From IMG/VR virus record IMGVR_UViG_3300037781_000042, positions 128,001 to 192,000 of that record: a stretch of 64,000 nt of DNA, one strand, 5' to 3'. This document shows, one piece after another, positions 37,783-47,738 of the stretch (its first letter is position 1; every line of letters begins with the position of its first letter). Below the pieces are notes generated by a model. That model was not told where the DNA came from, made no database searches, and was given only the letters and a program-made list of their open reading frames with translations. Both the position numbers and the translations under genes were made by a program. The DNA comes from a virus. Lineage: Duplodnaviria; Caudoviricetes.

Positions 37783-39678
37783 TTATTTATAATATTCTGG
37801 AATTGAATATTGTTTATTTAAAAATTTGTCCATATAATTTGTCATGTGATTTCCATCTTCAGAATTATCTGAAATTGTATCGTGTTGCATGAACAACTGA
37901 GGAAAAGACATATAACATTTAAAGTTTTCATTTCTTTGTACTAATGCTGCTAGAACTCTATCTAATTCATATTGATAACCGTTTTCTTCATAATAATCAA
38001 TAATCCATTTCATAAGTTTTCTACTTAAACAATAAGCATGTCCTGACCACACATGTGATGCTTCCCAAATTCTAACATTTCTAGTTTCATCATTTATTGG
38101 ATAAGAATCAATATAAGTTTCTGGTAATTCAAAACTTCCAGTACACATTCCTCCACCTAGATAAAATAAGTCCCATTCAGTTTTATTTTCAACTACCATG
38201 CTATTCATTATTCTTTCAAATTCTTCATTTACTTTTCTATGAATAATAATATCATCTTCTAAAATTAAAATCTTTTCATGACCTTCATTATAAGCAGTTT
38301 TTATTACTTCTAAATGAGAAAGTAAACATCCTAAATATCCAGGAGTTCTTCTAACTAGAATAGTTTCATCTACAAATTCTTTTAACAATTGACCATCATA
38401 AGCTTTCATTCTTTTAAAACTTATTCCAGCTTCATTTAATTTTTTAGTTGCTCTAGTTAATCTATCTTTTCTTCTTTCTAAGTTGATAAGGTAAACTTCA
38501 TCAAAATAGTTATTTATAGAATACCTTTCAGGCTTAATCTGTGCATTACCTTTAAAGAATTCTAGATTGTTGATTATTCTATCATCTTGACAATATTCTT
38601 TAAAATCTGGTGCTTCTAGAAGCTTTTCATAAGTTTGAACAGCTTTAGAAAAGTATAATGTCTCAGCATAACAAATTCCTAGAAGATCTAATATTTTATG
38701 ATTGTAACAAAACCTATTTATGAATAAGATATTGTCATGAGGAAATGGAAGATCTTTAGCAGCTTCTAAAAAGGTAATTGCATCAAAAGGATTTTTCATA
38801 TTATAATAATAAAGTAAAGCAAGTTCATGATATGCTTCTGCTCTATTACTTAAAAAAGAAATTGCTCTTTTAAATACTTCTTCTGACTCATCTAATCTTC
38901 CTAACATCTTCAAAGACTTTCCTTCATCTAATAAACTATACCAATATTCTTCTCTAAAAATATATTGATCTTCTTCTGATTTTTTTCTATATTTTATTGT
39001 GTACTCTATACACTTTTCCCAATCTCTACTATCAAAATAAGTTCTAGCAATATAGAATAAACATCTTCTAAAATAAGGACCGTTTGGATTATTGTTTTCG
39101 TATTTATGTAAAAGATCTAAATAAAATTCAAATGTTTCTTTTTTATTTTTTCCTTCTGTTTTATGTTGGTGATAAACTTCTAAATCTTTAAATGATAAAG
39201 AATTTTCTTCTCCATAAGGAATATATTCATGAATAGATGGTCCATGGAATTTAATTGATTCTATATTTTTCCATATCCTAGGTCTATCATAAATAGATCC
39301 AGTTACCTCATTGTGAAAGTCATGTATAGAAGTAATTAAAACTTCATATTTGGTTTGCTTAAAAATATTATATGCTTTTTGAAAAGATTCTACATCTTCT
39401 TCTAAAATATATTCATCTGCATCCATCCATAAAATATGAGTATATGGCATCTTTTCTGCAAAGTCAAGGACTTCATTTTTAGTAGTAACAAAATCTTGAA
39501 ATTCTATTTCTTTAACATAAGCATGCTCATATTGATTAGCTATTTCTAAAGAATTATCAGTAGATCCAGTATCTACTAAAAGATAACCATCTACTATATC
39601 TTTTACTGAATCTAAACAACGTTTAAGAATTTCTTCTTCATTCTTAAACATTACACAACATAATAACTTTGTTTCCAT
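37783..39678 (-). CDS. GT2 - TPR - GT25 fusion glycosyltransferase
   Basis: N-terminal CVMFKNEEEILKRCLDS, VDTGSTD, WMDADE, IHEYI (GT2); central TPR (NRAEAYHELA); C-terminal YLINLERRKDR, GCLLSH, ILILEDD (GT25). Confidence 0.85.
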   Translation of the reverse strand: METKLLCCVMFKNEEEILKRCLDSVKDIVDGYLLVDTGSTDNSLEIANQYEHAYVKEIEFQDFVTTKNEVLDFAEKMPYTHILWMDADEYILEEDVESFQKAYNIFKQTKYEVLITSIHDFHNEVTGSIYDRPRIWKNIESIKFHGPSIHEYIPYGEENSLSFKDLEVYHQHKTEGKNKKETFEFYLDLLHKYENNNPNGPYFRRCLFYIARTYFDSRDWEKCIEYTIKYRKKSEEDQYIFREEYWYSLLDEGKSLKMLGRLDESEEVFKRAISFLSNRAEAYHELALLYYYNMKNPFDAITFLEAAKDLPFPHDNILFINRFCYNHKILDLLGICYAETLYFSKAVQTYEKLLEAPDFKEYCQDDRIINNLEFFKGNAQIKPERYSINNYFDEVYLINLERRKDRLTRATKKLNEAGISFKRMKAYDGQLLKEFVDETILVRRTPGYLGCLLSHLEVIKTAYNEGHEKILILEDDIIIHRKVNEEFERIMNSMVVENKTEWDLFYLGGGMCTGSFELPETYIDSYPINDETRNVRIWEASHVWSGHAYCLSRKLMKWIIDYYEENGYQYELDRVLAALVQRNENFKCYMSFPQLFMQHDTISDNSEDGNHMTNYMDKFLNKQYSIPEYYK

Positions 39679-39698
39679 TAAATCCTTTGTTTTTATTT

Positions 39699-39726
39699 AT
39701 TATACACTGTATAAGTGATAAAGTTT
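39699..39726 (-). promoter_or_regulatory. candidate AAACTTT-N15-TATAAT promoter
   Basis: AAACTTT ATCACTTATACAGTG TATAAT upstream of the glycosyltransferase. Confidence 0.65.
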
Positions 39727-39732
39727 TAGATA

Positions 39733-39742
39733 AAATATATAA
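39733..39742 (+). promoter_or_regulatory. candidate late promoter AAATATATAA
   Basis: 24 nt upstream of the ORF at 39767. Confidence 0.45.
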
Positions 39743-39766
39743 ATTATAATTCAATCTTAGTATATA

Positions 39767-42160
39767 ATGGCAGTTACTACACCTCCTATTAACGGAGAAA
39801 ATATTAAAAATCCTTTAATTGTTCAATCTGATAAGCCAGGTTCTGCAAATAATGATGGTCCACCTTCTAGTGCTCCAGCCGATCCAGCAGCAACAAATCC
39901 TAGAGATGTAGAAAGTTCTGTAGAAAAAGAATTTGAATATTTTAGAGATAAAGCTGGAATATTTAATACAAATAATGATTTTATTAAGCCTAAGAAAAAG
40001 GCTACAGAATCATGGATGAATAAATATGCTTTTATTTCTTATGGAGGATCTTATCTAGACGGAAGTTCTGGAAATGTTAAGAATGATTTTGTAGGAGAAG
40101 GAAAAAAACAAACAGCTACAAAAGGATTAAATACTGATATAGAAAAGTGGCAAAATCCTACGACTAAGAATATTATTGAATGGTCTAAGACTCTTAGAAA
40201 AAATACTCCACAAAGCAGCACATTTGATCCACAGTCTCAGATACAAGCTTCTGATGGAACAAGTGGAAATATAACCGAAGATGGAGAAACTGTAGATACT
40301 GGAAATACAAATTTAAGTGATTTACAAACTACTTCTAAAGGTGCCATAGACAGAGGAAATATAGGAAAGTCAAATGCTAAAACAATTAATGACGCTACTG
40401 CTTCTGGAAATACAGTAAATGGAATAGGAAACTTAGAATATGAATGGAAAGACTTCGCTGCTTGTAAATGGTGGGGGAGGATTCCAAATAATAAAATGAT
40501 AACTCTTAGAAGATTTAAATTGCCTGTTTTAGATAATGGAGTTATTGCAGGAAAAGAAAGATTAAAAGCAATTTTAAAGAAAAATAGGTATGATCCTGAT
40601 GATTATATTACTTCTGATTCTGCTAGAGCAATTACTTATTATGGAGAAGGAACAGGAAATACTTTAGGAAGTTTTACTAATTGGACAGTAGGAGCAAACT
40701 GGGAAGATGTAAATTCTGATTTAGGAAATCCTGAAATTAATAAAGATGGGATTCAAAACGGAGCTTCTAGTTTTTTAGACAATCCTATTGATGGATCTGC
40801 TATAGTAGATAAAATATCAGGAGCTACTAATTCAGACACTTTAGCAAGAATTATTAAAGGATATGGGTTACAAAAACAGTTAGAAGATGGAGATAAAAAA
40901 AGTCTTTTAGAATTAGTTAAAACTCAGTCTAAAGAAAATGATCCATTTTCGAATGGATGGCAAAATAGAATTTATGGTCCTATCAATGTAGTTACCAGAA
41001 CTATGAGAAGAGCAAGAGGACTAAAATTTGATGCAGGTACAATTGATATTAATTTTGAATATGAAGCTGCTCAAATAGGAACAATGAACAGTAAATTGTT
41101 AATGATAGATATTATGAATAATATGCATGCATTAACATATAATAATGGATCTTTTTATGGAGGAGATTATAGGTTTCATAGACAACCAACAGAACTTCCA
41201 TATCCAGAAACTTTAGTAGAACAATTAGAAAAAATGGCTACTGGAGTAGGGGAAGGAGAAGTAAATTATTCAGAAATTTTTAAAGCATATAAAGGAATTG
41301 CTAAAGATTATGGGACTGATTTAGTTCAAAGATTTATTAAAGATGCTGGAGAAATAGGAAGCGAAAGCTATAAAACAATTAAAGAGATAATCGATGCTGG
41401 AGGTTTTGAAGTTCCAACAGATCCAAAGACTCCTAAAGCAGGTGAAAATAGACAAGATACTTCTGGAACATTAACTTTCGGAGATGGAAACTTTGATGAT
41501 TCTGGAGCGCCAAGTACTGGAGGAGGTACTTCAGAAACTGCTTTATCTGATATATTTTCTAAGGCTTCTGGATTTGTTGCTTTATTATCAAAAGCAAGTG
41601 GTCAATTAGTTGACGCTATAGAAAATAATATTAATAAGGATGGATCGTTATTGAAAACAGTAGTTACTTCTGGATTATTCCAGGAAGGATATGACATTCA
41701 AAGAATAAACGAAAAGATAATGAGAATTAATCCATTAACTACAGGAGAGCCTGTAGGAGAATGGCACGTAACAGTAGGAAATCCTATGAATCCTGCTATG
41801 ATGATAGGAAATTTAGTCTGTACAGGAATGAGTATGGAAATAGGAGAAACTTTAGGTCCAGATGATTTTCCAACTTCTGTTAAATTTACGGTTACTTTAA
41901 AACATGGTAGAGATAGAGATATTGGAGATATTATGTCAATGTTTAACTTAGGACAAGGAAGATTTTATACTCCTTTAAACAATAATCAAAGTGAAGAACC
42001 TTGGGATTATGGGTTTTCTACTAGAAATACAGGAAACGATACAGGTCTTTTGGATAATGATCCTGCTGGAAGAATAAACCAAAATGATGATGGAACTATT
42101 ACAGACGCAGATCCTGCTCCACAAGATTTATTTATTGGTCCTAGAAGACCGGGAGAATAA
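39767..42160 (+). CDS. large putative baseplate / tail-tube initiator protein
   Basis: C-terminal WHVTVGNPMNPAMMIGNLVCTGMSMEIG...SVKFTVTLKH resembles a tube-fold terminus; heads a run with gp53- and gp27-like genes. Confidence 0.4.
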   Translation: MAVTTPPINGENIKNPLIVQSDKPGSANNDGPPSSAPADPAATNPRDVESSVEKEFEYFRDKAGIFNTNNDFIKPKKKATESWMNKYAFISYGGSYLDGSSGNVKNDFVGEGKKQTATKGLNTDIEKWQNPTTKNIIEWSKTLRKNTPQSSTFDPQSQIQASDGTSGNITEDGETVDTGNTNLSDLQTTSKGAIDRGNIGKSNAKTINDATASGNTVNGIGNLEYEWKDFAACKWWGRIPNNKMITLRRFKLPVLDNGVIAGKERLKAILKKNRYDPDDYITSDSARAITYYGEGTGNTLGSFTNWTVGANWEDVNSDLGNPEINKDGIQNGASSFLDNPIDGSAIVDKISGATNSDTLARIIKGYGLQKQLEDGDKKSLLELVKTQSKENDPFSNGWQNRIYGPINVVTRTMRRARGLKFDAGTIDINFEYEAAQIGTMNSKLLMIDIMNNMHALTYNNGSFYGGDYRFHRQPTELPYPETLVEQLEKMATGVGEGEVNYSEIFKAYKGIAKDYGTDLVQRFIKDAGEIGSESYKTIKEIIDAGGFEVPTDPKTPKAGENRQDTSGTLTFGDGNFDDSGAPSTGGGTSETALSDIFSKASGFVALLSKASGQLVDAIENNINKDGSLLKTVVTSGLFQEGYDIQRINEKIMRINPLTTGEPVGEWHVTVGNPMNPAMMIGNLVCTGMSMEIGETLGPDDFPTSVKFTVTLKHGRDRDIGDIMSMFNLGQGRFYTPLNNNQSEEPWDYGFSTRNTGNDTGLLDNDPAGRINQNDDGTITDADPAPQDLFIGPRRPGE

Positions 42161-42178
42161 AAGATAATAAATAAAAAT

Positions 42179-42973
42179 ATGAATAAAGAATTTAAAACAT
42201 ATAAAGAGTTTTTAAACGAAAGTAAAGAATTTGATCAATCGAGATTTCCTTTAGAAGATCCTGAAGAGGTAAAAGAGTGGATAAATAAAAATGTAATAGG
42301 ACAAATAAGTAATGATAGAATACGTAGATTTCAAGATAGTATTCAGTGGAATGTAGACAATGAAGGATATTTTAGTACTCCTGGATCTTTGTGGTTGCAT
42401 AGAATGGAATTAATAAAATTACCTTTTAAAATTAAATCAATAGGAAAAATTTTAAGTATTTCCGAAAACAATTTAACGGATCTTAAAGGTTTAGAAAATT
42501 TAGAATTTATAGGTGATTTTTTTATGGCAGATGGTAATCAATTAACTACTTTAGAAAATTTAAAAAATCTTAAATATGTAGGAGGATCTTTTAGTTGTTA
42601 CGATAATAAGTTGACAATGTTAAAAGGACTCGAAAATCTCAAATACATAGGAAATAATTTTGGTTGTTTTAATAATAAATTACTTTCTAAAAAAGTTCCA
42701 TTTGAAGTGAAAGGAACTATTTATTTTAAAGGAGATTTGCCTAGTAGTTCCCCTTACAATTATGAAGATTCTGTAAAACATTTAGCTTCTTTAAGTGAAG
42801 AAGAACAAAAGAAAATTATAGGAGATCTAGAATCTTGGGATCCTGAAGCCTATCAAATGTTAAAGGAGTATTCTTGGAAAAAAAGATTAAATATTTCAGG
42901 ATTACATACTGAAGAAGAGCTTGAATGGAGAAAAAAGGCAGAAATATTAGATGATACCGGATTAGAATTTTAA
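42179..42973 (+). CDS. LRR protein family A with capsid-targeting-like leader
   Basis: MNKEFKTYKEFLNE leader; 23-aa LRRs; WDPEAY cap; ends ILDDTGLEF. Confidence 0.85.
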   Translation: MNKEFKTYKEFLNESKEFDQSRFPLEDPEEVKEWINKNVIGQISNDRIRRFQDSIQWNVDNEGYFSTPGSLWLHRMELIKLPFKIKSIGKILSISENNLTDLKGLENLEFIGDFFMADGNQLTTLENLKNLKYVGGSFSCYDNKLTMLKGLENLKYIGNNFGCFNNKLLSKKVPFEVKGTIYFKGDLPSSSPYNYEDSVKHLASLSEEEQKKIIGDLESWDPEAYQMLKEYSWKKRLNISGLHTEEELEWRKKAEILDDTGLEF

Positions 42974-42989
42974 AATATAAAAAAGAAAA

Positions 42990-43667
42990 ATGGAAAAGAT
43001 ATTAGACGAAAAACCTTTAATAATTAAGAATGGAATTGAAATGTACGATTTCTTTGAGCCTTCTTATGAATCTAGAATAGAGTCTGCGAGAATAGATGAT
43101 GTAGGTTATGTTACTAGTCAAATGGAAGCTAGAGGAGATTTATTTTCTTTAGTTTATTCTTATAATATAAATGACGAATATCATATTTTAAAATATAATA
43201 GAATTTCAAATCCATTTTCTATTAAAGAAGGAATGTATTTAGCAATTCCTGAAATTTCTGACATAGAGTCTTTATTTTATACAGAAGCAAAAAGAAAGGA
43301 AATGCGACCTGAAATAGAATCTTCTAAAGATAGAATTAAGAAACAAATAATAGAACAATATAATCCTTTTACTAAAGAAAGAACTTCTAATACTTCTTTT
43401 GAAGCATTTAAAAATAAGTACAGTAGATTAGAAGAAGAAAAACAATTAGAAGCTTCTAAAAATTTACAAAGTGGAAATAATTCTGACACTGAAAATTTAC
43501 TACCTCCTAATTTTTCAGATAAGAACAAAAAAGAAGTTACTGTTACTCCTAATGGAACGGTTATTTTAGGAACTTCTGTTGCTGATACTAAAACATCATG
43601 CGGAGAAAAAACATTAACTAAAGCAGAATTACTCAATTCATTAATGAAAAATAGAATAGTTAGATAA
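42990..43667 (+). CDS. baseplate wedge protein, gp53/LysM-like
   Basis: ARGDLFSLVY...ILKYNRISNPFSIKEGMYLAIP LysM-like motif. Confidence 0.65.
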   Translation: MEKILDEKPLIIKNGIEMYDFFEPSYESRIESARIDDVGYVTSQMEARGDLFSLVYSYNINDEYHILKYNRISNPFSIKEGMYLAIPEISDIESLFYTEAKRKEMRPEIESSKDRIKKQIIEQYNPFTKERTSNTSFEAFKNKYSRLEEEKQLEASKNLQSGNNSDTENLLPPNFSDKNKKEVTVTPNGTVILGTSVADTKTSCGEKTLTKAELLNSLMKNRIVR

Positions 43668-45191
43668 ATGACAATAAGAAATATACATAGACCTGAAATT
43701 TTATTAGAAGATCTAAAAGTAAAGAATAAAAATGAATATGTTTATTCTGAAGCTGATGGAGAAGCATATACTAATATTAATAACAAGGGAGTAAATTTTG
43801 AAAAGTTAGTAGGTCTACATAATTTTTTCATTAACATAAATGGATTTTCTATTCTTCCTACATCTATAGAAATTTGTACTGTAAATTTAGCAGACAAATA
43901 TCCTACTATAAAATTAAGAATTCAACCTAAGTTTGATGAATTTGTAAACTTTGGACTTCCTAAAGACGGAGACATCATTACTTTATTCTATAGATCAACT
44001 ATAGAAGATTTTAAACCTTTAAGAATAGATTTCATAATTACTGACATTAAAAATGAAAAGGATTCTTCTTTTGTTTTATTTGGAGTAGTCAATATTCCTA
44101 AACTATTTAATGATTCAAGTTTCTTTGAAGAAGATACTTCTTTAAATACTTTGATCAAACTATCAAAAGAAATGAAACTTGGTTTTTCTACAAATGAAAT
44201 TGAAACTTCTGATAAACAAAATTGGTTATGTGCTAATCAACCGTTTGATACTTATTTAGAAGAAATTAAAAAACATGCATGGAAAAACGAAAGATCTTTT
44301 TATGATTCTTTTATAGACATGTACTATAATTTAAACTTTATAAATGTCTTTGATCAGTTATCAAATGAAAAAGAAAAGAAAGTAAATGTAGGTCTTTATA
44401 AATTAAGAGATTTTATCCAAGCTAAAGATAATACTGCTTCTAAAGTTATAGAAGAAGAATTGGAATTCGAATCTCCTATAGTTTTACACAATTGGAAATA
44501 TTCAAGTATTAAAGAAGCTACGATTACTAGTCTAGGAATTTTAAATGAATCTTCAAGAATTTCGTTAGAAGAAGGTTATCAAAAATATTCTCATTTTTAT
44601 GATTTTACATTAGATGAAAAAGTAGAACTTTTAAATGAAGCAATAACTTCAAAAGGATCAGAAGAAAATTATTTATCTTTAAAGGGAAATGTATTTAATG
44701 ATAAATGGAAAGAAAATACTAGACATATATGGTCAGGTATTTCTTATTCTTTACCAGAACATAACGTACATCCTTTTTATTATCAAGCACAACTTCATAA
44801 CGAACATAATTTAAAAGAAATAGATAAATTTTCTATTCAAGTTACTTTAGATCAAGTCAACTTCAATTTACATAGGTATATGATTTTACCTATTCTTTGG
44901 TATGAATATGGAGATACTGCTAAAAAATTAAGATCTATTGGAGGAGAATATAATGCTCTTAAAAGCGATGAAAAGGTAAGTACTACATATCCTTATATTT
45001 TAAATGAATTTATTTCAGGATTTTATGTATTGAAAGGATTTCATTTAGATTATGTAGGACCTTCTGATGGAAATCCTCCAGTAATTCAACAAAGATTAAT
45101 TCTTACTAGAACCGAATGGCCTAAGACATTTATTGTTACTGATGCTGATGATAAAGTAGTAACTAATCTTCCTTTACCAGAAAACGGTTAA
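43668..45191 (+). CDS. putative baseplate hub protein, gp27/gpD-like
   Basis: Follows the gp53-like gene; beta-rich N-terminal barrel, C-terminal GFYVLKGFHLDY...QRLILTRTEW. Confidence 0.5.
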   Translation: MTIRNIHRPEILLEDLKVKNKNEYVYSEADGEAYTNINNKGVNFEKLVGLHNFFININGFSILPTSIEICTVNLADKYPTIKLRIQPKFDEFVNFGLPKDGDIITLFYRSTIEDFKPLRIDFIITDIKNEKDSSFVLFGVVNIPKLFNDSSFFEEDTSLNTLIKLSKEMKLGFSTNEIETSDKQNWLCANQPFDTYLEEIKKHAWKNERSFYDSFIDMYYNLNFINVFDQLSNEKEKKVNVGLYKLRDFIQAKDNTASKVIEEELEFESPIVLHNWKYSSIKEATITSLGILNESSRISLEEGYQKYSHFYDFTLDEKVELLNEAITSKGSEENYLSLKGNVFNDKWKENTRHIWSGISYSLPEHNVHPFYYQAQLHNEHNLKEIDKFSIQVTLDQVNFNLHRYMILPILWYEYGDTAKKLRSIGGEYNALKSDEKVSTTYPYILNEFISGFYVLKGFHLDYVGPSDGNPPVIQQRLILTRTEWPKTFIVTDADDKVVTNLPLPENG

Positions 45192-45484
45192 TCTATAAGT
45201 AAACCACCTACAACACCAAATTCTCCAATTGTAGTCAATCCTTTACTATCTAAATAATATAGAAGTGTTTCTTTTTGTTTTTCTAAATTATTTAAACCGT
45301 TTTTAAATGGATCTTTAATAATAACATAATATTCGGCATCTCCACCATAAGAAGCAGACCCAGTTTCAAAAAATGAATATTCTTCATTTTCTACTTCATC
45401 TTCTAAAAAAGAATCTATAGATATTTCATCTTCTTTATCTACTTGAATTCCTATTCCATAATACGCTGAATAATCTACACCCAT
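45188..45484 (-). CDS. hypothetical protein
   Basis: MGVDYSAYYGIG N-terminus, 98 aa, AGGA upstream. Confidence 0.55.
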   Translation of the reverse strand: MGVDYSAYYGIGIQVDKEDEISIDSFLEDEVENEEYSFFETGSASYGGDAEYYVIIKDPFKNGLNNLEKQKETLLYYLDSKGLTTIGEFGVVGGLLID

Positions 45485-45499
45485 TTTTATTCCTATATT

Positions 45500-45868
45500 T
45501 TAATAATAATACCATTTATAAAATCTACTAGAAAGCGATTTTTTCTTATGTTTGAATTTTTTATTTAATCGTTCACCATCTTTGTATGACCAATAGTAAC
45601 CGACGCAAAGTTCAAATTTTCTTTTTCTCCAAAGCCACTTAAGTTTTTGTAAAAAGTTTAATTTGTAAATACGAACAAAGGCATCATAATCTCCTTGAAG
45701 TTCTTCGTCCTCTTCATCTTTATCATAAACAAAAAATGTTTCAAATTCACATAATTCGTTTTCATAGATACATATTCCATTCAAATTAATATCCCAATGG
45801 TGACTTACCCATTTAAAACAAACTTCTTCATAAGGTATAGTTGCTATTATAGAAGATTCTTTTTTCAT
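45500..45868 (-). CDS. hypothetical protein
   Basis: 122-aa ORF co-oriented after RNase H. Confidence 0.55.
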   Translation of the reverse strand: MKKESSIIATIPYEEVCFKWVSHHWDINLNGICIYENELCEFETFFVYDKDEEDEELQGDYDAFVRIYKLNFLQKLKWLWRKRKFELCVGYYWSYKDGERLNKKFKHKKKSLSSRFYKWYYY

Positions 45869-47044
45869 TTAAAATAACTCCTCATTTGAAGAATCTACTA
45901 GTGTAGGTTGTATCTTAGAAAATAATCCTTTTCCTTCTTTTAAATCTTCAAATGCTTGATCAAATTTACTTACTAAATCTTTAGGAAACGTTTGTCTTGA
46001 TAAATAAAGAAGTTTAAAGTTTAAAAAGATATTATGTTTTAGTTCTTCTAAAGGAACGGTTATGTAAGTATCTTTTTTAGAATTTGATTTATTGATTTCA
46101 TATTCTAAAGTGTCTTTAATAATTTCAATATTTTTTAAAATACTTTTAATATGAATTGGAAGATTCTGTTCTTTAAACTTTTCAAATATCTTTTTTACAT
46201 ATCTATCAGTTACTCTTGTAGGATTTCCATTTTTATTATTCCAATGAAAAGAAGAAGGAACATTATCTTTATCGTCTCCTTTTAAAATTTTAGTACAGAT
46301 TTTTTCTTGACTATCTATATTATGAATATCTAAAGAGCTTTGCAATATTTTATGTAAAGGAACATCGGAATTAGAATCTGTTATACTAATATCTGAAACG
46401 TCAAATATAGAAAATGGATCATCATTAGAAGTTTCTGTTGCTGCTTCTAAAATAGCAGGTTCTTTTTCTTCTAAAATTTTAATATCTTCTAAAGTAAAAT
46501 CTTCAGACATTAAAAGCTTTATATGATTTCTTACTGGATGATAAATTAAAGTTCTAGGTTGAAGTAGCTGTTGAAAATCTCCATCTGAAGAAAGAATAAT
46601 ATTAACACATGTAGGATCTTCTTCAAGCAATCTTCTATTTAATAAACATACTAAATCATCTGCCTCAAAACCTTTCATTCTAATATTTGTATAATGAGGT
46701 TCAGAAGAAATCATCCAATCTATTCCTGTTGTCCAGGCATTCCAATCCATGTCATCATGTGAATCTTCTCTATTTGCTTTATAAGATTTTTCTCCGTGAA
46801 TATCAACTTGTTTTCTCCAAGAAGAAGAATCTTGAACAAAATATACTTGATCAATTTTAGAAAAGTTTTGACATATAGTTCTAAATGAAACATTGATACT
46901 TTCCTTAAATATTTCTAATGCTTCAGGAGAACCTAATTTTTTCTCAGTCGTTGGAAATTTATGCCCTACTCTATTTGCATAATATTTTACATCAGCATTT
47001 TGATAGAATAAATTGTTTGTGTCTACTATTAAATTAACTTTCAT
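45869..47044 (-). CDS. rnh: RNase H / 5'-3' exonuclease (FEN/T4 RNase H family)
   Basis: IVDTNNLFY, QDSSSWRK, SYKANR, FEADDL, SSDGDFQQL, LKGDDKDNVP motifs. Confidence 0.9.
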   Translation of the reverse strand: MKVNLIVDTNNLFYQNADVKYYANRVGHKFPTTEKKLGSPEALEIFKESINVSFRTICQNFSKIDQVYFVQDSSSWRKQVDIHGEKSYKANREDSHDDMDWNAWTTGIDWMISSEPHYTNIRMKGFEADDLVCLLNRRLLEEDPTCVNIILSSDGDFQQLLQPRTLIYHPVRNHIKLLMSEDFTLEDIKILEEKEPAILEAATETSNDDPFSIFDVSDISITDSNSDVPLHKILQSSLDIHNIDSQEKICTKILKGDDKDNVPSSFHWNNKNGNPTRVTDRYVKKIFEKFKEQNLPIHIKSILKNIEIIKDTLEYEINKSNSKKDTYITVPLEELKHNIFLNFKLLYLSRQTFPKDLVSKFDQAFEDLKEGKGLFSKIQPTLVDSSNEELF

Positions 47045-47054
47045 TTTCTTTTAC

Positions 47055-47645
47055 TTAATTATCGTATTCATAATATTGTTCTCCAGTAGGAGTTACTTCT
47101 TTAATCACTCTAGATTGTGAATCATATTCTTTTTTCCACCATCTATTGTATTTATCATTATAATAAACTTGATTTGAATTTTCGTCATATTCTGATTTCC
47201 AATAAAAACCTTTCTTGTCTTGATAATAAATTTTATTTTCTTGTTTATCATAAAATAAAATAGGATCTGGAATTTCTATAAAAAGATCTTCTAATTGTAC
47301 TTCTCTATGTTCCCCATTTTGTAAATTTGGATCTCTTGCAGTAAGACCTTCATTAGAATTATTTTTTATTGAATATGTTTTTATTTTAAATTTCTTTTTA
47401 AAATCCGGTCTATTGTCAAATTTAATTCCGTTAGGATTTTTAAAATATATTAAGTTTCCTTCATTATCATATTCACATTCTTTAAAATAACCACTTGACA
47501 TTTCTTGATATATTAATCTATTTGAACTATCATAAATCATTATTATAAATTGTCCATTTTCTTCTTCATGATAAATTACATTTTTATTTTTATCATAAAG
47601 AGTTATTGGAAATGTAATATTATCAAAAACTTCTTTAACTTTCAT
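47055..47645 (-). CDS. beta-repeat protein with two copies of a YD-like module
   Basis: Repeated IYYxxxxG-W/F-xxxEYDxxxNxxY units; two domains starting FPITLYDKN and DPILFYDKQ. Confidence 0.55.
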   Translation of the reverse strand: MKVKEVFDNITFPITLYDKNKNVIYHEEENGQFIIMIYDSSNRLIYQEMSSGYFKECEYDNEGNLIYFKNPNGIKFDNRPDFKKKFKIKTYSIKNNSNEGLTARDPNLQNGEHREVQLEDLFIEIPDPILFYDKQENKIYYQDKKGFYWKSEYDENSNQVYYNDKYNRWWKKEYDSQSRVIKEVTPTGEQYYEYDN

Positions 47646-47738
47646 TTTTTATCCTTTTTAAATTCTTTAATCACATCTAATATAAAATCCAATACAATCA
47701 TTAATAGAATAACTGTACCAGCAAAGGTCCAAAAACTT

